Shown here piece by piece: positions 13,410 through 25,909 of a stretch of 64,000 nucleotides of DNA. The position numbers were made by a program, and so were the translations under genes. The first letter of the stretch is position 1. Each line of letters opens with the position of its first letter. The notes below the pieces were generated by a model. That model saw only the letters and a program-made list of their open reading frames with translations. It searched no databases and was not told the DNA's origin. Origin of the DNA: Eledone cirrhosa (lineage: Eukaryota); contig OZ024758.1 in assembly GCA_964016885.1 (NCBI GenBank), positions 31,558,001 to 31,622,000 on the forward strand, in the 5' to 3' direction.

Positions 13410-16400
13410 TGGACAATAAATGACACAGCTGGGAGAAGGTCTATGTCCTACAATAGACAATAGATGTCAGCTGGGGGAAGGTCTATGTCCTACAATGGAC
13501 AATAGATGACACAGCTGGGAGAAGGTCTATGTCCTACAATAGACAATAGATGTCAGCTGGGGGAAGGTCTATGTCCTACAATGGATAATAGATGACACAG
13601 CTGGTGGAAGGTCTATGTCCTACAATAGACAATAGATGTCAGCTGGGGCAAGGTCTATGTCCTACAATGGACAATAAATGACACAGCTGGGGGAAGGTCT
13701 ATGTCCTACAATGGACAATAAATGACACAGCTGGGGGAAGGTCTATGTCCTACAATAGACAATAGATGTCAGCTGGGGCAAGGTGTATTTCCTACAATAG
13801 ACAATAGATGACACAGCTGGGGGAAGGTCTATGTCCTACAATGGAAATAGATGACACAGCTGGGGGAAGGTCTATGTCCTACAATGGACAATAGCTGACA
13901 CAGCTGGGAGAAGGTCTATGTCCTACAATAGACAATAGATGTCAGCTGGAGCAAGGTCTATGTCCTAGAATGTACAATAAATGACACAGCTGGGAGAAGG
14001 TCTATGTCCTACAATAGACAATAGATGACACAGCTGGGAGAAGGTCTATGTCCTAAAATAGACAATAGATGACACAGCTGGGGGAAGGTCTATGTCCTAC
14101 AATGGACAATAGATGACAGCTGGGGGAAGGTCTATGTCCTACAATGGACAATAGATGACACAGCTGGGGGAAGGTCTATGTTCTACAATGGACAATAGAT
14201 GACAGCTGGGGGAAGGTCTATGTCCTACTATGGACAATAGATGTCAGCTGGGGGAAGGTCTATGTCCTACAATAGATAATAGATGACAGCTGGGGAAAGG
14301 TCTATGTCCTACAATAGACAATAGATGACAGCTGGGGTAAGGTCTATGTCCTACAATAGACAATAGATGTCAGCTGGGGGAAAGTCTATGTCCTACAATA
14401 GACAATAGATGTCAGCTGGGGCAAGGTCTATGTCCTACAATAGACAATAGATGACACAGCTGGGAGAAGGTCTATGTCCTACAATAGACAATAGATGACA
14501 CAGCTGGGAGAAGATCTATGTCCTACAATAAACAATAGATGTCAGATGGGGGAAGTTCTATGTCCTACAATAGACAATAGATGACAGCTGGGGGAAGGTC
14601 TATGTCCTACAATGGACAATAGATGTCAGCTGGAGCAAGGTCTATGTCCTACAATAGACAATAGATGACACAGCTGGGAGAAGGTCTATGTCCTACAATA
14701 GACAATAGATGACACAGCTGGCAGAAGGTCTATGTCCTTCAATAGACAATAGATGTCAGCTGGGGGAAGGTCTATGTCCTACAATGGACAATAGCTGACA
14801 CAGCTGGGAGAAGGTCTATGTCCTACAATGGACAATAGATGACACAGCTGGGGGAAGGTCTATGTCCTACAATGGACAATAGATGACACAGCTGGGAGAA
14901 AATCTTTGTCCTACAATGGACAATAGATGACAGCTGGGGGAAGGTCTATATCCTACAATGGACAATAGATGACACAGCTGGGAGAAGGTCTATGTCCTAC
15001 AATAGACAATAGATGGCAGCTGGGGGAAGGTCTATGTCCTACAATGGACAATAGATGACAAAGCTGGGAGAAGGTCTATGTCCTACAATAGACAATAGAT
15101 GTCAGCTGGGGCAAGGTCTATGTCCTACAATGGACAATAGATGACACAGCTGGGGGAAGGTCTATGTCCTACAATGGACAATAGATGACAGCTGGGGGAA
15201 TGTCTATGTCCTACAATGGACAATAAATGACACAGCTGGGAGAAGGTCTATGTCCTACAATAGACAATAGATGTCAGCTGGGGGAAGGTCTATGTCCTAC
15301 AATGGACAATAGATGACACAGCTGGGAGAAGGTCTATGTCCTACAATAGACAATAGATGTCAGCTGGGGGAAGGTCTATGTCCTTCAATGGATAATAGAT
15401 GACACAGCTGGGGGAAGGTCTATGTCCTACAATAGACAATAGATGTCAGCTGGGGCAAGGTCTATGTCCTACAATGGACAATAAATGACACAGCTGGGGG
15501 AAGGTCTATGTCCTACAATGGACAATAAATGACACAGCTGGGGGAAGGTCTATGTCCTACAATAGACAATAGATGTCAGCTGGGGCAAGGTGTATGTCCT
15601 ACAATAGACAATAGATGACACAGCTGGGGGAAGGTCTATGTCCTACAATGGAAATAGATGACACAGCTGGGGGAAGGTCTATGTCCTACAATGGACAATA
15701 GCTGACACAGCTGGGAGAAGGTCTATGTCCTACAATAGACAATAGATGTCAGCTGGAGCAAGGTCTATGTCCTAGAATGTACAATAAATGACACAGCTGG
15801 GAGAAGGTCTATGTCCTACAATAGACAATAGATGACACAGCTGGGAGAAGGTCTATGTCCTAAAATAGACAATAGATGACACAGCTGGGGGAAGGTCTAT
15901 GTCCTACAATGGACAATAGATGACAGCTGGGGGAAGGTCTATGTCCTACAATGGACAATAGATGACACAGCTGGGGGAAGGTCTATGTTCTACAATGGAC
16001 AATAGATGACAGCTGGGGGAAGGTCTATGTCCTACTATGGACAATAGATGTCAGCTGGGGGAAGGTCTATGTCCTACAATAGATAATAGATGACAGCTGG
16101 GGAAAGGTCTATGTCCTACAATAGACAATAGATGACAGCTGGGGTAAGGTCTATGTCCTACAATAGACAATAGATGTCAGCTGGGGGAAAGTCTATGTCC
16201 TACAATAGACAATAGATGTCAGCTGGGGCAAGGTCTATGTCCTACAATAGACAATAGATGACACAGCTGGGAGAAGGTCTATGTCCTACAATAGACAATA
16301 GATGACACAGCTGGGAGAAGATCTATGTCCTACAATAAACAATAGATGTCAGATGGGGGAAGGTCTATGTCCTATAATAGACAATAGATGACAGCTGGGG

Positions 16401-17020
16401 GAAGGTCTATGTCCTACAATGGACAATAGATGTCAGCTGGAGCAAGGTCTATGTCCTACAATAGACAATAGATGACACAGCTGGGAGAAGGTCTATGTCC
16501 TACAATAGACAATAGATGACACAGCTGGCAGAAGGTCTATGTCCTTCAATAGACAATAGATGTCAGCTGGGGGAAGGTCTATGTCCTACAATGGACAATA
16601 GCTGACACAGCTGGGAGAAGGTCTATGTCCTACAATGGACAATAGATGACACAGCTGGGGGAAGGTCTATGTCCTACAATGGACAATAGATGACACAGCT
16701 GGGAGAAGGTCTTTGTCCTACAATGGACAATAGATGACAGCTGGGGGAAGGTCTATATCCTACAATGGACAATAGATGACACAGCTGGGAGAAGGTCTAT
16801 GTCCTACAATAGACAATAGATGGCAGCTGGGGGAAGGTCTATGTCCTACAATGGACAATAGATGACAAAGCTGGGAGAAGGTCTATGTCCTACAATAGAC
16901 AATAGATGTCAGCTGGGGCAAGGTCTATGTCCTACAGTGGACAATAGATGACACAGCTGGGGGAAGGTCTATGTCCTACAATGGACAATAGATGACAGCT
17001 GGGGGAATGTCTATGTCCTA
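13410..17020 (+). repeat. 1807-bp tandem duplication (about 42 monomers, rich in 44-bp units)
   Basis: The 1-bp-deletion marker ATGGAAATAG is at 13841 and 15648. TGTCCTAGAA is at 13961 and 15768. CCTAAAAT, GTTCTAC and GGCAGAAG recur in the same order. Confidence 0.88.
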
Positions 17021-20000
17021 CAATGGACAATAGATGACACAGCTGGGAGAAGGTCTATGTCCTACAATGGACAATAGATGACAGCTGGGGGAAGGTCTAT
17101 GTCCTACAATGGACAATAGATGTGAGCTGGGGGAAGGTCTATGTCCTACAATAGACAATAGATGACAGCTGGGGCAAGGTCTATTTCCTACAATAGACAA
17201 TAGATGACAGCTGGGGGAAGTTCTATGTCCTACAATAGACAATAGATGTCAGCTGGGGGAAGGTCTATGTCCTACAATAGACAATAGATGACAGCTGGGG
17301 GAAGGTCTATGTCTTACAATAGACAATAGATGTCAGCTGGGGGAAGGTCTATGTCCTTCAATAGACAATAGATGTCAGCTGGGGGAAGGTCTATGTCCTA
17401 CAATGTACAATAGATGACACAGCTGGGAGAAGGTCTATGTCCTACAATAGACAATAGATATCAGCTGGGGGAAGGTCTATGTCCTACAATAGACAATAGA
17501 TGTCAGCTGGGGGAAGGTCTATGTCCTACAATGGACAATAGATGACACAGCTGGGAGAAGGTCTATGTCCTACAATAGACAATAGATGACAGCTGGGGCA
17601 AGGTCTATGTCCTACAATAGACAATAGATGACAGCTGGGGGAAGGTCTATGTCCTACAATAAACAATAGATGACAGCTGGGGGAAGGTCTATGTCCTACA
17701 ATGGACAATAGATGACAGCTGGGGCAAGGTCTATGTCCTACAATGGACAATAGATGACAGCTGGGGGAAGGTCTATGTCCTACAATGGACAATAGATGAC
17801 AGCTGGGGCAAGGTCTATGTCCTACAATAGACAATAGATGACAGCTGGGGGAAGGTCTATGTCCTACAATGGACATTAGATGACAGCTGGGGCAAGGTCT
17901 ATGTCCTACAATAGACAGTAGATGACAGCTGGAGCAAGGTCTATGTCCTACAATAGACAATAGATGACAGCTGGGGGAAGGTCTATGTCCTACAATGGAC
18001 AATAGATGACAGCTGGGGCAAGGTCTATGTCCTACAATAGATAATAGATGACAGCTGGGGGAAGGTCTATGTCCTACAAAAGACAATAGATGTCAGCTGG
18101 GGGAAGGTCTATGTCCTACAATGGACAATAGATGACAGCTGGGGCAAGGTCTATGTCCTACAATAGACAATTGATGACAGCTGGGGCAAGGTCTATGTCC
18201 TACAATAGACAATAGATGACAGCTGGGGGAAGGTCTATGTCCTACAATAGACAATAGATGTCAGCTGGGGGAAGGTCTATGTCCTACAATGGACAATAGA
18301 TGACAGCTGGGGCAAGGTCTATGTCCTACAATAGACAATAGATGACAGCTGGGGCATGGTCTATGTCCTACAATAGACAATAGATGACAGCTGGGGGAAG
18401 GTCAATGTCCTACAATAGACAATAGATGTCAGCTGGGGGAAGGTCTATGTCCTACAATGGACGATAGATGACAGCTTGGGCAAGGTCTATGTCCTACAAT
18501 AGACAATAGATGTCAGCTGGGGGAAGGTCTATGTCCTACAATGGACAATAGATGACAGCTGGGGCAAGGTCTATGTCCTACAATAGACAATAGATGTCAG
18601 CTGGGGGAAGGTCTATGTCCTACAATAGACAATAGATGTCAGCTGGGGGAAGGTCTATGTCCTACAATAGACAATAGATGTCAGCTGGGGGAAGGTCTAT
18701 GTCCTACAATAGACAATAGATGTCAGCTGGGGGAAGGTCTATGTCCTACAATGGACAATAGATGACAGCTGGGGAAAGGTCTATGTCCTACAATGGACAA
18801 TAGATGACACAGCTGGGGGAAGGTCTATGTCCTACAGTAGACAATAGATGACAGCTGGGGCAAGGTCAATGTGCTACAATAGACAATAGATGACAGCTGG
18901 GGCAAGGTCTGTGTCCTACAATAGACAATAGATGACATCTGGGGGAAGGTCTAGGTCCTACAATAGACAATAGATGACAGCTGGGGCAAGGTCTATGTCC
19001 TACAATAGACAATAGATGTCAGCTGGGGCAAGGTCTATGTCCTACAATGGACAATAGATGACACAGCTGGGGGAAGGTCTATGTCCTACAATAGACAATA
19101 GATGACAGCTGGGAGAAGGTCAAAGTCCTACAATAGACAATCGATGACAGCTGGGGCAAGGCCTATCTCCTACAATAGACAATAGATGACAGCTGGGGCA
19201 AGGTCTATGTCCTACAATAGACAATAGATGACAGCTGGGGGAAGGTCTATGTCCTACAATAGACAATAGATGACAGCTGGGGCAAGGTCTATGTCCTACA
19301 ATGGACAATAGATGACACAGCTGGGGGAAGGTCTATGTCCTACAATAGACAATAGATGACAGCTGGGGGAAGGTCTATGTCCTACAATAGACAATAGATG
19401 ACAGCTGGGGGAAGGTCTATGTCCTACAATAGACAATAGATGACAGCTGGGGGAAGGTCTATGTCCTACAATAGACAATAGATGACAGCTGGGGGAAGGT
19501 CTATGTCCTACAATGGACAATAGATGACACAGCTGGGAGAAGGTCTATGTCCTACAATAGACAATAGATGACAGCTGGGAGAAGGTCTATGTCCTACAAT
19601 GGACAATAGATGACAGCTGGGGGAAGGTCTATGTCCTACAATAGACAATAGATGACAGCTGGGGGAAGGTCTATGTCCTACAATAGACAATAGATGACAC
19701 AGCTGGGAGAAGGTCTATGTCCTACAATAGACAATAGATGACACAGCTGGGAGAAGATCTATGTCCTACAATAAACAATAGATGTCAGATGGGGGAAGGT
19801 CTATGTCCTACAATAGACAATAGATGACAGCTGGGGGAAGGTCTATGTCCTACAATGGACAATAGATGTCAGCTGGAGCAAGGTCTATGTCCTACAATAG
19901 ACAATAGATGACACAGCTGGGAGAAGGTCTATGTCCTACAATAGACAATAGATGACACAGCTGGCAGAAGGTCTATGTCCTTCAATAGACAATAGATGTC

Positions 20001-23000
20001 AGCTGGGGGAAGGTCTATGTCCTACAATGGACAATAGCTGACACAGCTGGGAGAAGGTCTATGTCCTACAATGGACAATAGATGACACAGCTGGGGGAAG
20101 GTCTATGTCCTACAATGGACAATAGATGACACAGCTGGGAGAAGGTCTTTGTCCTACAATAGACAATAGATGTCAGCTGGGGCAAGGTCTATGTCCTACA
20201 ATGGACAATAAATGACACAGCTGGGGGAAGGTCTATGTCCTACAATGGACAATAAATGACACAGCTGGGGGAAGGTCTATGTCCTACAATAGACAATAGA
20301 TGTCAGCTGGGGCAAGGTGTATGTCCTACAATAGACAATAGATGACACAGCTGGGGGAAGGTCTATGTCCTACAATGGAAATAGATGACACAGCTGGGGG
20401 AAGGTCTATGTCCTACAATGGACAATAGCTGACACAGCTGGGAGAAGGTCTATGTCCTACAATAGACAATAGATGTCAGCTGGAGCAAGGTCTATGTCCT
20501 AGAATGTACAATAAATGACACAGCTGGGAGAAGGTCTATGTCCTACAATAGACAATAGATGACACAGCTGGGAGAAGGTCTATGTCCTAAAATAGACAAT
20601 AGATGACACAGCTGGGGGAAGGTCTATGTCCTACAATGGACAATAGATGACAGCTGGGGGAAGGTCTATGTCCTACAATGGACAATAGATGACACAGCTG
20701 GGGGAAGGTCTATGTTCTACAATGGACAATAGATGACAGCTGGGGGAAGGTCTATGTCCTACTATGGACAATAGATGTCAGCTGGGGGAAGGTCTATGTC
20801 CTACAATAGATAATAGATGACAGCTGGGGAAAGGTCTATGTCCTACAATAGACAATAGATGACAGCTGGGGTAAGGTCTATGTCCTACAATAGACAATAG
20901 ATGTCAGCTGGGGGAAAGTCTATGTCCTACAATAGACAATAGATGTCAGCTGGGGCAAGGTCTATGTCCTACAATAGACAATAGATGACACAGCTGGGAG
21001 AAGGTCTATGTCCTACAATAGACAATAGATGACACAGCTGGGAGAAGATCTATGTCCTACAATAAACAATAGATGTCAGATGGGGGAAGGTCTATGTCCT
21101 ACAATAGACAATAGATGACAGCTGGGGGAAGGTCTATGTCCTACAATGGACAATAGATGTCAGCTGGAGCAAGGTCTATGTCCTACAATAGACAATAGAT
21201 GACACAGCTGGGAGAAGGTCTATGTCCTACAATAGACAATAGATGACACAGCTGGCAGAAGGTCTATGTCCTTCAATAGACAATAGATGTCAGCTGGGGG
21301 AAGGTCTATGTCCTACAATGGACAATAGCTGACACAGCTGGGAGAAGGTCTATGTCCTACAATGGACAATAGATGACACAGCTGGGGGAAGGTCTATGTC
21401 CTACAATGGACAATAGATGACACAGCTGGGAGAAGGTCTTTGTCCTACAATGGACAATAGATGACAGCTGGCGGAAGGTCTATATCCTACAATGGACAAT
21501 AGATGACACAGCTGGGAGAAGGTCTATGTCCTACAATAGACAATAGATGGCAGCTGGGGGAAGGTCTATGTCCTACAATGGACAATAGATGACAAAGCTG
21601 GGAGAAGGTCTATGTCCTACAATAGACAATAGATGTCAGCTGGGGCAAGGTCTATGTCCTACAGTGGACAATAGATGACACAGCTGGGGGAAGGTCTATG
21701 TCCTACAATGGACAATAGATGACAGCTGGGGGAATGTCTATGTCCTACAATGGACAATAGATGACACAGCTGGGAGAAGGTCTATGTCCTACAATGGACA
21801 ATAGATGACAGCTGGGGGAAGGTCTATGTCCTACAATGGACAATAGATGTGAGCTGGGGGAAGGTCTATGTCCTACAATAGACAATAGATGACAGCTGGG
21901 GCAAGGTCTATTTCCTACAATAGACAATAGATGACAGCTGGGGGAAGTTCTATGTCCTACAATAGACAATAGATGTCAGCTGGGGGAAGGTCTATGTCCT
22001 ACAATAGACAATAGATGACAGCTGGGGGAAGGTCTATGTCTTACAATAGACAATAGATGTCAGCTGGGGGAAGGTCTATGTCCTTCAATAGACAATAGAT
22101 GTCAGCTGGGGGAAGGTCTATGTCCTACAATGTACAATAGATGACACAGCTGGGAGAAGGTCTATGTCCTACAATAGACAATAGATATCAGCTGGGGGAA
22201 GGTCTATGTCCTACAATAGACAATAGATGTCAGCTGGGGGAAGGTTTATGTCCTACAATGGACAATAGATGACACAGCTGGGAGAAGGTCTATGTCCTAC
22301 AATAGACAATAGATGACAGCTGGGGCAAGGTCTATGTCCTACAATAGACAATAGATGACAGCTGGGGGAAGGTCTATGTCCTACAATAAACAATAGATGA
22401 CAGCTGGGGGAAGGTCTATGTCCTACAATGGACAATAGATGACAGCTGGGGCAAGGTCTATGTCCTACAATGGACAATAGATGACAGCTGGGGGAAGGTC
22501 TATGTCCTACAATGGACAATAGATGACAGCTGGGGCAAGGTCTATGTCCTACAATAGACAATAGATGACAGCTGGGGGAAGGTCTATGTCCTACAATGGA
22601 CATTAGATGACAGCTGGGGCAAGGTCTATGTCCTACAATAGACAGTAGATGACAGCTGGAGCAAGGTCTATGTCCTACAATAGACAATAGATGACAGCTG
22701 GGGGAAGGTCTATGTCCTACAATGGACAATAGATGACAGCTGGGGCAAGGTCTATGTCCTACAATAGATAATAGATGACAGCTGGGGGAAGGTCTATGTC
22801 CTACAAAAGACAATAGATGTCAGCTGGGGGAAGGTCTATGTCCTACAATGGACAATAGATGACAGCTGGGGCAAGGTCTATGTCCTACAATAGACAATTG
22901 ATGACAGCTGGGGCAAGGTCTATGTCCTACAATAGACAATAGATGACAGCTGGGGGAAGGTCTATGTCCTACAATAGACAATAGATGTCAGCTGGGGGAA

Positions 23001-24970
23001 GGTCTATGTCCTACAATGGACAATAGATGACAGCTGGGGCAAGGTCTATGTCCTACAATAGACAATAGATGACAGCTGGGGCATGGTCTATGTCCTACAA
23101 TAGACAATAGATGACAGCTGGGGGAAGGTCAATGTCCTACAATAGACAATAGATGTCAGCTGGTGGAAGGTCTATGTCCTACAATGGACGATAGATGACA
23201 GCTTGGGCAAGGTCTATGTCCTACAATAGACAATAGATGTCAGCTGGGGGAAGGTCTATGTCCTACAATGGACAATAGATGACAGCTGGGGCAAGGTCTA
23301 TGTCCTACAATAGACAATAGATGTCAGCTGGGGGAAGGTCTATGTCCTACAATAGACAATAGATGTCAGCTGGGGGAAGGTCTATGTCCTACAATAGACA
23401 ATAGATGACAGCTGGGGGAAGGTCTATGTCCTACAATAGACAATAGATGACAGCTGGGGGAAGGTCTATGTCCTACAATAGACAATAGATGTCAGCTGGG
23501 GGAAGGTCTATGTCCTACAATAGACAATAGATGTCAGCTGGGGGAAGGTCTATGTCCTACAATGGACAATAGATGACAGCTGGGGAAAGGTCTATGTCCT
23601 ACAATGGACAATAGATGACACAGCTGGGGGAAGGTCTATGTCCTACAGTAGACAATAGATGACAGCTGGGGCAAGGTCAATGTGCTACAATAGACAATAG
23701 ATGACAGCTGGGGCAAGGTCTGTGTCCTACAATAGACAATAGATGACATCTGGGGGAAGGTCTAGGTCCTACAATAGACAATAGATGACAGCTGGGGCAA
23801 GGTCTATGTCCTACAATAGACAATAGATGTCAGCTGGGGCAAGGTCTATGTCCTACAATGGACAATAGATGACACAGCTGGGGGAAGGTCTATGTCCTAC
23901 AATAGACAATAGATGACAGCTGGGAGAAGGTCAAAGTCCTACAATAGACAATCGATGACAGCTGGGGCAAGGCCTATCTCCTACAATAGACAATAGATGA
24001 CAGCTGGGGCAAGGTCTATGTCCTACAATAGACAATAGATGACAGCTGGGGGAAGGTCTATGTCCTACAATAGACAATAGATGACAGCTGGGGCAAGGTC
24101 TATGTCCTACAATGGACAATAGATGACACAGCTGGGGGAAGGTCTATGTCCTACAATAGACAATAGATGACAGCTGGGGGAAGGTCTATGTCCTACAATA
24201 GACAATAGATGACAGCTGGGGGAAGGTCTATGTCCTACAATAGACAATAGATGACAGCTGGGGGAAGGTCTATGTCCTACAATAGACAATAGATGACAGC
24301 TGGGGGAAGGTCTATGTCCTACAATGGACAATAGATGACACAGCTGGGAGAAGGTCTATGTCCTACAATAGACAATAGATGACAGCTGGGAGAAGGTCTA
24401 TGTCCTACAATGGACAATAGATGACAGCTGGGGGAAGGTCTATGTCCTACAATAGACAATAGATGACAGCTGGGGGAAGGTCTATGTCCTACAATAGACA
24501 ATAGATGACACAGCTGGGAGAAGGTCTATGTCCTACAATAGACAATAGATGACACAGCTGGGAGAAGATCTATGTCCTACAATAAACAATAGATGTCAGA
24601 TGGGGGAAGGTCTATGTCCTACAATAGACAATAGATGACAGCTGGGGGAAGGTCTATGTCCTACAATGGACAATAGATGTCAGCTGGAGCAAGGTCTATG
24701 TCCTACAATAGACAATAGATGACACAGCTGGGAGAAGGTCTATGTCCTACAATAGACAATAGATGACACAGCTGGCAGAAGGTCTATGTCCTTCAATAGA
24801 CAATAGATGTCAGCTGGGGGAAGGTCTATGTCCTACAATGGACAATAGCTGACACAGCTGGGAGAAGGTCTATGTCCTACAATGGACAATAGATGACACA
24901 GCTGGGGGAAGGTCTATGTCCTACAATGGACAATAGATGACACAGCTGGGAGAAGGTCTTTGTCCTACAA
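15434..24970 (+). repeat. About 4.7-4.8 kb higher-order tandem duplication (4727 bp; the second copy has 2 extra monomers, giving 4811 bp)
   Basis: ORF pairs 17018/21745 and 17526/22253 are offset by 4727, and 19120/23931 by 4811. The marker ATGGAAATAG is at 15648 and 20375. Confidence 0.88.
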
Positions 24971-25909
24971 TGGACAATAGATGACAGCTGGGGGAAGGTC
25001 TATATCCTACAATGGACAATAGATGACACAGCTGGGAGAAGGTCTATGTCCTACAATAGACAATAGATGGCAGCTGGGGGAAGGTCTATGTCCTACAATG
25101 GACAATAGATGACAAAGCTGGGAGAAGGTCTATGTCCTACAATAGACAATAGATGTCAGCTGGGGCAAGGTCTATGTCCTACAATGGACAATAGATGACA
25201 CAGCTGGGGGAAGGTCTATGTCCTACAATGGACAATAGATGACAGCTGGGGGAATGTCTATGTCCTACAATGGACAATAGATGACACAGCTGGGAGAAGG
25301 TCTATGTCCTACAATGGACAATAGATGACAGCTGGGGGAAGGTCTATGTCCTACAATGGACAATAGATGTGAGCTGGGGGAAGGTCTATGTCCTACAATA
25401 GACAATAGATGACAGCTGGGGCAAGGTCTATTTCCTACAATAGACAATAGATGACAGCTGGGGGAAGGTCTATGTCCTACAATAGACAACAGATGTCAGC
25501 TGGTGGAAGGTCTATGTCCTACAATAGACAATAGATGTCAGCTGGGGGAAGGTCTATGTCCTACAATAGACAATAGATGACAGCTGGGGGAAGGTCTATG
25601 TCTTACAATAGACAATAGATGTCAGCTGGGGGAAGGTCTATGTCCTTCAATAGACAATAGATGTCAGCTGGGGTAAGGTCTATGTCCTACAATGTACAAT
25701 AGATGACACAGCTGGGAGAAGGTCTATGTCCTACAATAGACAATAGATATCAGCTGGGGGAAGGTCTATGTCCTACAATAGACAATAGATGTCAGCTGGG
25801 GGAAGGTCTATGTCCTACAATGGACAATAGATGACACAGCTGGGAGAAGGTCTATGTCCTACAATAGACAATAGATGACAGCTGGGGCAAGGTCTATGTC
25901 CTACAATAG

